Made by a program: the position numbers and the translations under genes. From positions 15,996,001-16,060,000 of the forward strand of contig OX597820.1 of assembly GCA_951406725.2 (NCBI GenBank): a stretch of 64,000 nt of DNA. Direction: 5' to 3'. The stretch's first letter is position 1. Each line of letters opens with the position of its first letter. Shown in pieces: positions 38,667-54,860 of the stretch. The DNA comes from Octopus vulgaris (taxonomy: Eukaryota). The notes beneath the pieces were generated by a model. It saw only the letters and a program-made list of their open reading frames with translations. It had not been told where the DNA came from and searched no databases.

Positions 38667-39087
38667 CTATGTGTGTGTATCTTTGTGTCTGTGCTTGCCC
38701 TCCTACCATGGCTTGACAAGCGGTGTGGGTGGTTTACGTTCCCGTAACTTAACGGACCAGCTTAAGAAATCGATAGAATAAGTACCAGGTTTGATTTATT
38801 CGACTAAAATTCTTCGAGCCGTTGCCCCAGCATAGTCGCAGTCTAATGGCTGAAACAAGTAAAAGAATAAAAGAATTTTGCATGTATGTATGTATGAACG
38901 TATGTTTGTATTTATCCCTCAACTATCGCATGACAACCAGTGTTGGTTTGTTCACATCCCCACACCTTACTTAGCAGTCGGGCAAAAGACACCTGCTGAA
39001 TAACTACTAGGGATAATTTATTCAACTGAACCCTTCAACGTGATGCCCCAGCATAGGCGCAGTCCAGTGACTGAAACAAATAAAAGA
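38215..39087 (+). mobile_element. Nested or tandem diverged SINE family A copies (inner copy ~38447-38875)
   Basis: Old head, (TATG)n, a younger full copy, then the old tail. Confidence 0.8.
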
Positions 39088-39169
39088 CACTAAAAATTCA
39101 TCCTAAATTAAGGCGGATAAATAATGAAGGTCACCTAATTAATTAGCACCCATTCACTCACAAGCACAC

Positions 39170-39855
39170 TTCTACCTCTGGTAGACGCATTACGCGCTGG
39201 TCACTCCTTCTGTCTATTTTACCGCTACTACAACGGTATATGCTCGTTTGAACTAGCGAGTCACATACTATCGCCTACAAGAGCTACTCGTCTCTTATCA
39301 TGTCACCAATACTGTGCCTATGTCTCTCCCTCTCCCTCTCTCTCTTACTCTGTTTCTCTGTCCCTTTCTGACTGTCTGTCTGTCTGCCTCTCTCTCTCTC
39401 ACTATCTATCTATCTATCTATCTATTTATCTATCTTATTTCTTTATTGCCCACAAGAGGCTAAACATAGAGGGAACAAACAAGGACAGACAAAGGGATTA
39501 AGTCGATTACATCTACCCCAGTGCGTAACTGGTACTTATTTAATCGACTCCGAAAGGATGAAAGGCAAAGTCGACCTCGGCGGTATTTTAACTCAGAACG
39601 TAGCGGCAGACGAAATACTATTTCTTTACTACTCACAAGGGGCTAAACATAGAGGGGACAAACAAGGACAGACAAACGGATTAAGTCGATTATATCGAGC
39701 CCAGTGCGTAACTGGTACTTAATTTATCGACCCCGAAAGGATGAAAGGCTAAGTGAACCTCGGCGGAATTTGAACTCAGAACGTAACTGCAGACGAAATA
39801 CCGCTCAGCATTTCGCCCGGCGTGCTAACGATTCTACCAGCTTCCCGCCTTTATG

Positions 39856-39912
<57 letters not shown>

Positions 39913-40150
39913 ATTTATCCATCTATCTATCTATCCATCTCCCTTTGTCTTTCTGTCTCTCTCGCACTAAGCTCCAACACTAAAATCTATACTTAATCCT
40001 TCCACTTTATAACACTAATCCACTCGAATCCTTCGCCGCCAATGCTTTCTTATTCTCTTCTCTTCTCTTTTTTTTCTTTCTTTTCTTTTCATTTTTCACG
40101 CTGTCGTCGACCTAGAGATATTCAAAATATGAACATCAGTCGTATTGATC
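39170..40150 (+). mobile_element. Decayed 3' end of a CR1/L2-group LINE ORF2, interrupted by microsatellites and a SINE C dimer
   Basis: FCLFYRYYNGICSFELASHI resembles LFYRYY.G.CS.ELA; continues after ~39960 with DL..FK..I..ID. Confidence 0.65.
39435..39849 (-). mobile_element. SINE family C dimer inserted in (TCTA)n
   Basis: Junction at 39612-39624; single head. Confidence 0.92.
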
Positions 40151-40211
40151 TGATCTGACAAGTCTCGGAGGAACTGTAAAAGGTCAGGAAAGCAACCTTT
40201 ACTAAGGCATA

Positions 40212-40259
<48 letters not shown>

Positions 40260-40314
40260 CACACACACACACACACACACATGCACACGCATACACACAT
40301 AGAAATGTCTGTGT

Positions 40315-40752
40315 CTTTTATCTTTTACTTGTTTCAGTCATGTTAGATTGCGGCCATGCTGGAGCAACGCCTTCAAGAATTTCTTGTCGTGTGAATCGAC
40401 CCCATTATTTTTCTTTCTGGTAAACCTGATACTTATTCTATCGGTCGCTTTTGCCGAACCGTTGAGTTACGGTGACATAAGCACACCTTTACCGGTTGTC
40501 AAGCGGTGGTGGGGGACAAGCTCAGACACAAAGCCACACACACACACACATAAACACACACTCTCTCTCTCACACACACACATACATACACACACACATA
40601 TATACGATGGGCTTCTTTCTGTTTCCATCTAATAAGTTAACTTAAAAGGTTTTGGCCGACCCGAGGCTATAGTAGAATACACTCGCCTAATGTGCCAGGC
40701 AGTGGGACTGAACCCAGAACCAAGTGGTTGGGAAGCAAGTTTCTTAACACGC
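40315..40752 (-). mobile_element. SINE family A, diverged
   Basis: Tail, internal (CA)n and head all recognisable. Confidence 0.85.
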
Positions 40753-41238
40753 AACCTCATCTAGAGATATTTTATCAACGAGTAATAAAGCATTTTGTTG
40801 TTACGGTTGTTGTTGTTGTTGTTCTCGGATGTGGGCCATAAATTCCGTCACTGGAGCTGCAGACAAAACCCGCTTGGTGAATCTTGATAAAGAGAGCCGA
40901 ACAGTGGTTTGGTGCCAGTGGAATGCCAGCCGGGGCTTGGTCAATCTCTGCTGGGTCAACTGGGTAAGTGGGGTCTGCTGCTGAAGGTACCGAAACTACC
41001 ATGAGACCCGAGACGTATCGCTGATGATGTACCCCCAGAATATCCCCAGAGCATCAGCGAGATGTATCTCAAAAACTAAAACCAAACTAAACTGAGAACG
41101 TGAATGTTAGTCGCAATATATTGCAAGCATTTTCTGACACACTTAAGAAATTCTTGAGCTTTGGTTACGTTGTACCTCCTGCGCTTCCTTTCATAATAAC
41201 TCCTCACTCAAACGCATACACATAAATAGATAGATATG

Positions 41239-41490
41239 TTTCTTTATTAGCCACACAGGGCTGAACACAGACGTGACAAATTACAAAGTAGAGATTTTCT
41301 TTTGGGGGAGAAAAAAAAAGTGGGGTAGGTTTTCGATCAAAAGGGATCGTAAAAGGAAAAAAAATAATAAAACGATCAATAGGGATCGTGTATCACAGAA
41401 ATGTCATGATGTAAAGTGTAAAGGGGGAAACAGATAAGGTTTATCCGTGGAAAGAAAAGCCTACGGAAAAGACCACAGTAACCTTGGTCA
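41239..41490 (-). mobile_element. Probable LINE 3' UTR sharing its terminal ~40 nt with the young SINE C tail
   Basis: Minus strand ends TGTCACGTCTGTGTTCAGCCCTGTGTGGCTAATAAAGAAA versus C tail TGTCCCCTCTGTGTTTAGCCCCTTGTGGGTAGTAAAGAAA; inserted in (GATA)n. Confidence 0.55.
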
Positions 41491-41615
41491 ATAATAGACA
41501 GATAGATAGATAGATAGATACATACATACATACATACATACATACATACATACATACATACACAAACACACTTGTATTCGAACGTCTTTCTACACACGTA
41601 AATGAGCGTAGGATT

Positions 41616-41938
41616 GGCACTCTGTCGCCTTCGACGACGAAAGTTCGAGTTGATTCGATCAACAGAACAGCCTGCTGGTGCAGTTAATGTGCAAGTGACT
41701 GAGCACTTTACAGACATGTGTACCCTTAACGTAGTTCTCAGAGAGATTCTGCGTGACACAGAATGCAACAAGGCTGGCCCTTTCAATTACAGATGCAACT
41801 CATTTTTGCTAGCTGATTGGACTGGAGCAAAGTGAAATAAAGTGTCCTGCTCAGGGACACAACGCATCGCCGGAAATCGATCTCATGACCTTACGATCGT
41901 GAATCGAATACCCAAACCAACATACCACGTGCATTCAC
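41616..41938 (-). mobile_element. SINE family D
   Basis: Matches 2232-2560. Confidence 0.85.
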
Positions 41939-41995
41939 AAGTCTGCAACATGTAAACATACAAAAACACACAAAGTTAACATTAAGCGCATATAC

Positions 41996-42400
41996 TATTT
42001 CTTTACTACCCACAAGGGGCTAAACACAGAGGGGACAAACGGATTAAGTCAATTATATTGACCCCAGTGCGTAACTGGTACTTATTTAATAGACCCCGAA
42101 AGGATGAAAGGCAAAGTCGACCTCGGCGGAATTTGAACTCAGAACGTAACCGCAGACGAAATACTACTAAGCACTTCGCCCGGCGTGCTAACAAGCATAC
42201 ACAAATATGGCCCAAAATAAGAAAAACACAAAGACGAGGTGAACAAACAGAATACATAAAGCTCATTTATGTTCAGAAAGAAATGGAAAACGTCTTTAGC
42301 GTTTCGAGCCTACGCTCTTTTTCTACGGAAAGGAAAGACAAGCAGAGAAAAAACAGAGAGAAAGGAAATCGTGTCTGAGTTAAACACATATAACATGGAG
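41996..42400 (-). mobile_element. SINE family C monomer (~41996-42192) next to a family F element (motif 42294-42332)
   Basis: C consensus match; GAGC(guag)GCUC-GAAACGCU-aaag. Confidence 0.75.
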
Positions 42401-43541
42401 GTAAACACACTCACACAGAGATAACGTTAACCGCATATACATATGTATACGTAAGTCTACGCATACATATGTACACGCAAATATATACAGTTACGCGATT
42501 TCATATTAGAATGGATTTGAGTACATAAACAGCAAAGTAGGTATATAAGCCTAAGTTATATCCGGGGTACAATGATGAGCGCTCTACTTAGTTTCTCGAT
42601 AACTAGAAAATGCAAACCAAATCTCCTTCAAATCACACCAATTTTTTCTTTGAAGTTTGTCACATTTGATAAGACTGAGGAAACAATGTGCCTGGAAAAC
42701 TGTGGAATGGTCTTGGATGCGTTGCCTTTGATTATAGCTCCATCGAATCTCAGCTGACCCTGTGTTAAACAATATTACCAGCTATACACACGCACATACA
42801 CACACAAACATAAACACATACACACATACATTTACGCCGAAATACACCAAGCAGACCCAAACAGAAGATAGATCTCACACGCGTATTCATACACAACTAC
42901 AGATATACATACACATACATACATATTGGTAGACATACTTACACATATACATACACAATGGTAGAATTATATACATATTACAGAAACAACGATAGACACA
43001 CACACACACACCACACAAACATACACGCGTCAACGCCTCACCATATTTCTCTCTCTCTCTCTCACTATGTATGTCTGTCTAGTTGTTTGTCTCTGTCTCC
43101 TTGTCTCTCTCCTTCTCTTTCCCTCACTCTCTCCTCTCTTTCTCTCTCTCTCTCACGTACACACACACACATACACACACTCTGCACTTACACCCACACA
43201 CAGAGACGCATAAACGTTGGCGAGTCGGTTGGCTTTATTGACTCAATCTGCAAGTGTGTATCTGAGTGCGCGCGCGCACGTATCTGTGTGCATGTGTCTA
43301 TGTGCAAGTGTGAGTGTGCGTGCATGCGTATGTGCGTTTTTGTGGATATGTGCCATGATTCCCCTCTTTCTATGTGTATGTGTGTGCATGTGGGTGTCTA
43401 TGTGTCTGAATACAAATGATTGTCCATCAAAACATGTATATACAATATACATATATACAATATGTATGTATACACTGTAAACATATACATGTATACATGT
43501 AACAATACACACACATACGTACACACACACACATACATACA

Positions 43542-43613
<72 letters not shown>

Positions 43614-43615
<2 letters not shown>

Positions 43616-43754
43616 CGTAAGAGTGGCTGTGTGGTAAGTAGCTTGCTTCCCAACTACATGGTTCTGGGTTCAGTCCCACTGCGTTGCACCTTGGCCTCAG
43701 GCCTATCAAAGCCTTGTGAGTGGATTTGGTTGACGCAAACTGAAAGAAGCCCGT

Positions 43755-43800
<46 letters not shown>

Positions 43801-44615
43801 TGTGTATGTGTTTGTGTGTCTTTGTTTGTCCCCCCCCTCCTCAACATCGCTTGACAACCGATGCTGGTGTGTTTACGTCCCCGTAACTTAGAATAAGTAC
43901 TAGGCTTACAAAGAATAGGCCCTGGGGTCGATTTGTTACTCGACTAAAGGTGGTGCTCCAGCATGGCCACAGTCACATGACTGAAACAAGTAAAAGAGCA
44001 AAAGAGTAAAAGATATATATATTAAGGCGGCGAGCTGGCAAAATCGTTACCACGCTGGGAAGGCGGCATTTCGTCCGTCCTTACGTTCCGAGTTCGAATT
44101 CTGCCAAGGTCGATTTTGCTTTTTATCCTTTCGGGGGTTGATAAATAAAATAAAATAAGTACCAGTTGAACATTGGGGGTCAATGTAATCGACTTATCCT
44201 CCCTCTAAATTACTGGCTTTGTGCCAAAGTTGGTAATCATAGGCGCTGGCGTGGCTGTGTGGTAAGAAGCTTGCTTCCCAACCATATGATTCCAGGTTCA
44301 GTCCCACTGCGTGGTACTTTGGGTAACTATAGTCTCGAGCCGACCAAAGTCTTGAGAGTAGATTTGATAGATGGAAACTGAAAGAAGCCCGTTGAATGTG
44401 TGTGCGTGTGTGTGTGTCTGCGTTTATATCCCCATCATCGCTTGACAACCGGGATTGGTGTATTTACGCCCCTGTTACTTAGCGGTTCGGCAAAGAGACC
44501 GGCAAAAAAAGTATTAGGCTTAAAAATAAGTCCTAAAGTCGAACTTGCTCTACAAAAAAAAAACAAGTCAAGGGGGTGCTCCAGCATGGCCGTAGTCAGA
44601 AACAAGTAAAAGAAC
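43614..44615 (+). mobile_element. SINE cluster: A (43614-44013), old-tail C (~44024-44232), A (~44241-44615)
   Basis: Consensus matches. Confidence 0.88.
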
Positions 44616-46299
44616 AGAAAGTGTAAGAAGGCACGTGTGTGTGTGTGTGTGCGCGCATGTGTGAGTGAGTGTGTGTATGCGTGTGTGCGTATGTATGTAT
44701 GTGTATGTTTGTGTGTGCGTGTATGTGTGTGTATGTATGTGTGCGTGCGTGTGTATGTGTGTTCGTATGTGTGCGTAAGAATGTGAGTATGTGTCTGTGC
44801 GTGTGTGTACATGTGTGTGTATATATGTGTGCGTGTGCGCACGTGTGTACGTGTGCGTGCGCGTGCGTATGTATGTGTGTGTATGTGTGTGCGTATGTGT
44901 GCATGTGTGTGCGTGTATGTGTGTGCGTGTATGTGTGTGCGTGTATGTGTGTGTATGTATGCGTGTGCGTATGTATGTGTGTGCGTATGTGTGCATGTGT
45001 GTGCGTGCATGTGTGTGCGTGTATGTGTGTGCGTGTATGTGTGTGTATGTATGCGCGCGTGCGTGTGTATGTGTGTATGTGCGATCGTATGTATGTGTCT
45101 CTGTGCTTGTGTGTGCACGTGTGTATGTGTGCATGCGTGTGTTTAAACATGTAGGAAGCATGCCTGTCTAATCTGTGCAAGAGACATTGTGGAAAATACA
45201 CGGCAGAGATGCTGGTTGTTCCGCCAGACATCGGCAGACGGCAGTATACTAAACGGAGTCAACCGTTTGACCTCCTCACTTGAGCACAGGTATCCAAGCA
45301 ACAGGTGATACACCCTGCTGGCTTCTAGGAGTGCCAGGAATAGCGTATTATGGCGTTCATGCGTCTCCTTCAACGCGATACAGATCAAATGAAAATAAGC
45401 GATCGAATCTCGTCCGCGGATTTCATTCGTCGAAAAACTTACCCTCCTACGCTTTTTTTTTCGCGCTCATCATACATACATTCATACATATATATATATA
45501 CATACACACACATACATACATGCATACAATATGCATACACACATGCTAAAATTCATACATAAATACACATACATACATACATACATACACACATACATAC
45601 ATACATACACACATACATATATATATATACATACATGCACACATACATGCATACAACATACATACATATACATACATACATATATGTATATATTTATGTA
45701 TAAACACACACATACATGCATACATTCATTGATATATATATATATATATACATACATTTAAACATAAATACCATACTTGTGCATATAAACCCACACATAA
45801 ATCCACTTCGCACGCACACACATACACACACAAACACAGACACACACGCGCACCACTTCATATACACATCATATATTAACACTCTCACATGATAAGCAAA
45901 CGCGCACAGATATCGTATACATACATCATATATACACGCTTACATACATCAACATACATCATATATACTCACACCCTCATATCATATACAAACACATACA
46001 CACCTCAGTACATAAACACATTTTATACAAGCACACACATACACAGAACATATACAAACACACGCACACCCGTCATATTGAAACACATACATACATACAG
46101 CATATATAAGCATATACACACACACACACACACCATATACATCACACATGCATCATATACATACACACAACATTTATAAACACACACTCGACACTCACAC
46201 ATTATATAGGAACGTACGAACACATCTCCAGACAGCAGACGGCGCTAAATAACTAGGGGTGTTATCCCGTTCACACCCTGACAGGCAGACATGCTCACA

Positions 46300-46362
<63 letters not shown>

Positions 46363-46459
46363 ACATAGATGTTATAAACAGCCAGCAGACGGAGGAGACG
46401 TCGATTTTAAAACCGTTCGACGCCTCTCATTTGCATCTTTATCACCGTTGCGGCGGTGG

Positions 46460-47041
46460 CCACTAACACCACCACCACCATCACCACTAACACCACCACC
46501 ACTAACACTAATACCACCAACACCACCACCACCACCACTAACACCACCACCACCACCACCATCACCACCACAACCACCACCACCATCACCACTAACACCA
46601 CCACCACTAACACTAATACCACCAACACCACCACCACCAACACCACCACCACCATCACCACTAACACCACCACCACTAACACTAATACCACCACCACCAC
46701 CAACACCACCACCACCATCACCACTAACACCACCACCATCACCACTAACACCACCACCATCACCACTAACACCACCACCACTAACACTAATACCACCACC
46801 ACCACCACCACCACCACCACCATCACCACTAACACCACCACCATCACCACTAACACCACCACCACTAACACTAATACCACCAACACCACCACCACCATCA
46901 CCACCACCACCACCACCACCACCACCACCACCACCACTAACACCACCACCACTAACACTAATACCACCACCACCAACACCACCACCACCATCACCACTAA
47001 CACCACCACCACTAACACTAATACCTCCACCAACACCACCA
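46460..47041. repeat. (ACC)n-derived tract with recurring ACTAACACTAATA and ATC variants
   Basis: Visible higher-order periodicity. Confidence 0.93.
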
Positions 47042-47229
47042 TACTCTGAGTGAGAGGGGAAATGGGAAAACTAACCCAGCTGAACCGGACTACAACCATA
47101 GAGAAGGTCGTAGGATGAGTGGGTGTTACACTATGAATCCTAAGACCCAGTCATCGGCAATGCTGCAGCCAGTAATAATGCTTCAAATGTTGGTGCAAGA
47201 TCAGCAAATTTAGAAGGACAGCACTAGTG

Positions 47230-48420
<1,191 letters not shown>

Positions 48421-48717
48421 AAGTGCCGGAGGAAACACCACAAGACGTTTTATTCCGCTACTTTATTATATGGGGTGGCTATACTCGATTACGCTGACCC
48501 CAATACGTGACTGGGGTCCAGCAAGCTGAGGCAAGTGGATTCTCAGGCCATTCAGACAGGCAAGGCACTGGGCAATCAATTTGACTTATACATACAGGAA
48601 AATAGACACAAATACACACATTTATTAACCGTGCGGAGATAAACCGTAGTCGCACTTATTTCAGACAGACAAACTGTCTGATAGAAGAGAGCGGGTAGGC
48701 GCGGGTATCTGTGCTTA

Positions 48718-48776
<59 letters not shown>

Positions 48777-48922
48777 ACTACGAGGTTTTCCCACCCACAC
48801 ACTCTGAACAAACTAAAAAACCACACACGAACAAATACACATTCGTACCCACACATGTACACCTCCGATAGCAATAAGAGTGAAAAGAATCAAGCCATGT
48901 ACACATAACATTGCATAATGCA

Positions 48923-48962
<40 letters not shown>

Positions 48963-48980
48963 TGCGCATAGAACATATAT

Positions 48981-49030
<50 letters not shown>

Positions 49031-50296
49031 TATAGTCCATCAGACAACAAATGACAACCGTTTCTTTCTCTTTCACAAATGACACATACACACTCACACT
49101 CGTTCCTACAAATGCATATATGCACGTAAACTGACAGATAGTTTAAACAACAAACATCGCCAGAAGAGGGGCTAAGCTACACATATCCATACATAAATAC
49201 ATGCTCACATTTTTACACTCATTCACACACACACAAGCACACACACACACATATACAAACACAAACACATACATACACACGAACATATATACATACAAAT
49301 ATGTAGTAGGCGGTCGACACCGATAGACGAGAAACAACCGACTCACAAACATACATACTTACATACACACGTACATACATACACACACTTTATGATGAAT
49401 AACTAGCAGAACAGATACACGTTCACACGCTCACACAAACGCAAAATTATACACATACACACACATTCTCTCACGGAAGCAGACATACACACGAAGTAGC
49501 TATACATCTGTACATAAAGGCACAGCAGACCTAATCGTCCTTATTTATTTATATACACCCAGATGCATTAATTACACAAAGTGTTTTACCCTAACCTTTC
49601 GAATATATATATATATATGTACACAATACTCACACGAACAGAGCCGAGTGAACATTCAAATCAACATACACGCACGGCTATACACACAACATACAAAATA
49701 CATCTGGTAATATATACACGATAAATGCACACATATATAGATTAAACGCATTGAACACAGACACACGTACAAGCTAATAAATATATAAACTATAATACAA
49801 TCAGTTTAAAATTATAGCCAGGCACAAGAAAGGCGGAGTGAGAGGATGTCATTTGAATCAATGGGTTAATTAATTTTTTATAATTAGTAAATATTCGGAT
49901 AATAAAACATTGAATAAAACAACTGTAAGCAATGTAAGACAGGTTTTAAGGTACAAGACAAGGTAAATATCATTGTTGATTAATGTTTTTTTACCTGTAT
50001 AATCAGCGGGTAATATTTTGTTCGCGTCGTCGTTGTTATTTTAGCTTGATGTCACACCAAAATTAAAGAACAACTGCAATAGCAGCGATGTATATATATA
50101 TGTATGTATATGTTTGTATGTGTGTATATATGTATGTGTGTATGTATTTATGTGTGGGGTGTTTTTTTGTTTTGTTGAATTGTTATCTTTCTCTGTTAGT
50201 TTGAAGAAAAAATATATGTATATATGAATATAGTAATAATAATAATAATAATAATATCCAGAAACAAGCAGTGATGAAAGTATATAGGTATATATT

Positions 50297-50329
<33 letters not shown>

Positions 50330-50520
50330 ATATATATATAAAATATATAGGGTAGAGTCGTGTAATAACACAGGACTTAAGAAGCCACCGACATCGTTAT
50401 TACGGTAATGATCGCTGGGGTTGTCATTATTATCATCATCATAATCAACATTAGCAGCGACAATAACACAGAATAACGAGACAACCACCACCGCCACCAC
50501 CAGCAACAGCAGCAGTGGCA

Positions 50521-50552
<32 letters not shown>

Positions 50553-51241
50553 CCAGCAGCAGTATTAGCAACAACAGTGTCAGCAGCAGCAGTAGCAGCG
50601 TCGATGGTGGCGGAGGTGGCGGAGGTGGCGATGTAATATCATAACAGCAGCTATGACGGTAAGAAAGCAGCAGCAGCAGCGGCGGTGGTGGTTGAAGTGT
50701 TGGTTGTGATGGTGATCATATATTATGGGGATAGTGGTGATGATGATGGTGATGCTGCTGGTGTTTGGAGTGGAGAAACGAACGAGTGATGTCTGGAGGA
50801 GTTGGAGTAGGAGGAGAAATAATGAGAAGGGTAGAAGGAAGAGAACACGGGTACACATATCTGCACATATACATGTATATATATATATATATGATACATG
50901 TATATGCACATATATATATATATGATACATGTATATGCATATATATATATATACATGTATGTATGTAAGTATATATATATATACATGTATGTATGTAAGT
51001 ATATATATATATATATGTAAATATACACATAAGATATATGTATATATATATATATATATGCAGATATATCTTATGTGTATATTTACATATATATGCATAT
51101 ATATATATATATATATGCATATACATGTATCATATATATATATATATATATATGTATGTATATATTTGATATATATATATATACATATACATATATGCAT
51201 ACATATATATATATATATATGTATCTATGTATTTGAATATA

Positions 51242-51292
<51 letters not shown>

Positions 51293-51330
51293 GTATTTGA
51301 ATATATATATATATACATATACATATATGC

Positions 51331-51401
<71 letters not shown>

Positions 51402-51598
51402 GTCTTTGGGAAAAAGGGAAGGAAGTGTTCAGAAGCGGAGGTTTTATTCTTTATTTATTCGTTATTTTTACCAATTTTTTTTTGTTTCTTTTGGCTGGGC
51501 GGCTGACTTGCAAAACTGAAAGCACAAAACACAACCGACAGATGTAGGTGTGGATATTATATATATATATGTGTACATATATATATGTATATGTGTAT

Positions 51599-51667
<69 letters not shown>

Positions 51668-51703
51668 TGTGTCTGTGTGTGTGTGTATGTATATATATGT
51701 ATG

Positions 51704-51739
<36 letters not shown>

Positions 51740-51946
51740 TGTTTATATCTGTTTGTCTGCGTGTGTATATGCCTACGTGTATATATGTTTGTGTGTGTGT
51801 TTGTGTGTATATGCCTGCGTGTGTATATATGTGTGTGTGGCTGTGACAGTTGATTCGAGTAAGAGTTGCAGTAGCCGTTATCGACGCGGCAGCAGCGCCC
51901 AGTGGTCGTGACAATAATGGTAAACGCGATGGTACTGTCAGCCTGT

Positions 51947-52033
<87 letters not shown>

Positions 52034-52295
52034 TAGTGTGTGTGTGTGTGTGTGTATGTGTAGTTTGTGTGCTAGTAGTATGTGTTGTATGGTTTGTGTG
52101 TAGCTAGATTAATACTAACGTGAGGTCTGCTGCGCTGCAGTGCTGGTAATAGTATAAGAATGCGCGTGTGTGTGTGTGTGTGTGTGTGTTTAGCTTGTAG
52201 CTGTCATTAGACTATGGCCACGCTGGGGCACCGTCTCGAAGCATCTTATTCGAACGAATCGACCCCAGTAATTATTAGTAAAAAAAAAAAAATTA

Positions 52296-52700
52296 GGCGC
52301 AGGAGCGGCTGTGTGGTAAGTAGCTTGTTTACCAACCCCATGGTTCTGGGTTCAGTCCCACTGCCTGGCACCTTGGGCAAGTTGTCTTCTACTATAGCCT
52401 TGGGCCGACCAAAGCCTTGTCAGTGGATTTGGTAGACGGAAACTGAAAGAAGCCAGTCGTATATATGTATTTGTATATATGTGTGTGTGTTTGTGTGTCT
52501 GTGTTTGTCCCCCTAGCATTGCTTGACAACCGATGCTGGTGTGTTTATGTCCCCGTTACTTAGCGGTTCGGCAAAAGAGATCGATAGAATAAGTACTGGG
52601 CTTACAAAAGAATAAGTCCCGGGGTCGAGTTGCTCGATTAAAGTCGGTGCTCCAGCATGGCCGCAGTCAAATGACTGAAACAAGTAAAAAAGAAAAAAGA
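52296..52700 (+). mobile_element. Full-length SINE family A
   Basis: Near-consensus. Confidence 0.93.
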
Positions 52701-52877
52701 AAGAAAGAAAGGTACTTGTACTCTGTTGTCAAACCGCTAAGATATGGGAACTTAAACCATACCCACGCCGATTATCAAGCGATGGTGGGGTGGGGGACGA
52801 ACACAGATACAAGAATACATACGTGCGCGCGCACCTCCCCTCTCCCAACACACACATACACATATACACATATATAT

Positions 52878-53178
52878 ATCACCGTGACCGACCAGGCTAT
52901 CAGATGTTGCTACACATCGCTGGTCACAATGCGCTTCGAATCGATTTAACCTTCAAATGGCGCCACCCCGCTGGCTAAGCAAGCAGGCCAACAGAAGAAA
53001 GAGTCAGAGAAAGTTGGGGTCAAAGAGTACATCAGGGATCCCCCCCCCCTGCCGGAGCCTCATGTAGCTTTAGGTGTTTTCGCTCAATAAACACTCACAA
53101 CGCCCGGTCTGGGAATCGACACTGCGATCCTAGAACCGCGAGTTCGCTGCCCTAACCACTGGGCCGTGGCGCTTCCAC
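52878..53178 (-). mobile_element. SINE family B2 inserted in the internal microsatellite of an old minus-strand family A copy (~52720-53425)
   Basis: B2 consensus match with diverged A halves on each side. Confidence 0.88.
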
Positions 53179-53180
53179 AC

Positions 53181-53262
<82 letters not shown>

Positions 53263-53524
53263 GACAGGATTCCACTCAGTTTCTGCCTACCAAATCCACT
53301 CAGATGGCTTTGGCCGACCCGCAGCTATAGCAGAAGGCATTTGCCATAGGTGTCACGCATTTAGACTGAAACCCGAAGGACGTGCCGCAAAAGTAAGTAT
53401 CTCAATCACGGACCCATGCCTGCACGAGCGCTGAACTACTTATATTGATGCGCGCGCGCGTGTTTGTGTGTGTGTCTTGTGTGTGTGTGTGTCTGTGTGT
53501 GTATGTGATAAAGGCTGCTAGTTG

Positions 53525-53880
53525 TAAGAATCGTTAGCACGCCAGGCAAAAGGCTTAGCGGTATTTCGTCTTTACGTTCTGAGTTCAAATTTCGCCATCT
53601 TTCAACTTTACCTTTCATCATTCCGGGGGTCGATGAAATAAGTACTAGTTGAGTACTAGGGTCGATGCAGTCGACTTACCCCTCCCCCGAAACTGCTGTC
53701 CCCGTGCCAAAATTTGAAATCAACTGCGTAGCTGTGTGGTAAGAATCTTGCTTACCAACCACATGGTTTCGGGTTCAGTCCCACTGCATGGCACCTTGGG
53801 CAAATGTCTTCTACTACAGCCTCGGGTCGACCAAAGCCTTGTGAGTGGATTTGGTAGACAGAAACTGAAAGAAGCTCGTC

Positions 53881-53923
<43 letters not shown>

Positions 53924-54860
53924 TGTGAGTCTGTGATTATACCCCCACCATCGTTTGACAACCAATGTTGGTGTGTTTACGTCTCCGTAACTTAACGGTT
54001 CGGCAAAAAAGAGACCGATAGAATAAGTACTAGGCTTACAAAGAACAAGTCCTGGGGTCGATTAGTTCGACTAAATGCGGTGCTCCAGCATGGCTGTATT
54101 GTTAAGAAGACCGGTTTGCAACCACATGGTTTCGGATTCAGTCCCCATGCGCTGCACCTTGGGTAAGTGTCCTCTATTATAGCTCCCGAGCCGACCAATG
54201 CTTCCTGGGTGAATTTGGTCGACGGAAACTGTGTGGAATCCCGCCGTATTGATAACCGCTTGACAACCATTGTAGGTTTGTTTACGTCGCAGTAAATTAG
54301 TAAAGAGACCGATAAAATAATTAGCAGGCTTAGAAATAAACACTGGGGTGGATTCGAGTGACGAAAACAGTCAAGGCGGTGCTCCAGTATGGCCGAGGTC
54401 AAATGGTTGAAACGAGTAAAAGATAAAAGGTAGTTTAATTAATGGAGGGTATCTATATTGTTAATGAATGAAAAGATATTATGTGTGGTAAGAAGCTTGC
54501 TTCCCACCAACATGGTTCCGGGTTCAGTCCCACTGCGTGGCACCTTGGGCAAGTGTCTTCTACTATAGCCTCGAGCCGACCAAAGCCTTGGAAGTGGATC
54601 TGGTTGTTGGAAACTGGAAGAAGCCTGTCGTATATATATGTGTGTATGTGTGTGTGTGTGTGCGTGTGTGTGTGTGTTTGTCCCCCCACCATCGCTTTGA
54701 CAAACGATGTTGGTGTGTTTATGTTCCCGTAACTTAGCGCTTCGGCGAAAAGGGACCGGTAGAATAAGTACTAGGCTTACAAAGAATAAGTCCTGGAGTT
54801 GATTAGCTCAACAAAAGGCGGTGCTCCAGCATGGCCGCAGTCAAATGCCTGAAACAGAGT
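53525..54860 (+). mobile_element. SINE cluster: old C (~53525-53718) followed by three family A copies
   Basis: A copies at ~53730-54092, ~54100-54430 and ~54483-54860. Confidence 0.88.

Noticed and set aside
40797-41070. Possible exon (plus-strand open frame ending at GTAAGT) or ORF 40775-41002
   Set aside because: No recognisable domain or acceptor. The minus strand ends in a (CAA)n tail, which fits a decayed retroelement end better.
44435-45231. Long His/Thr and Cys/Val ORFs
   Set aside because: They come from a degenerate (TG)n/(CA)n microsatellite, as do most ORFs in the supplied track.
46259-47099. Pro-rich, Thr-rich and Val-rich ORFs of 197-264 aa
   Set aside because: These are translations of an ACC-derived repeat that lacks stops by composition.
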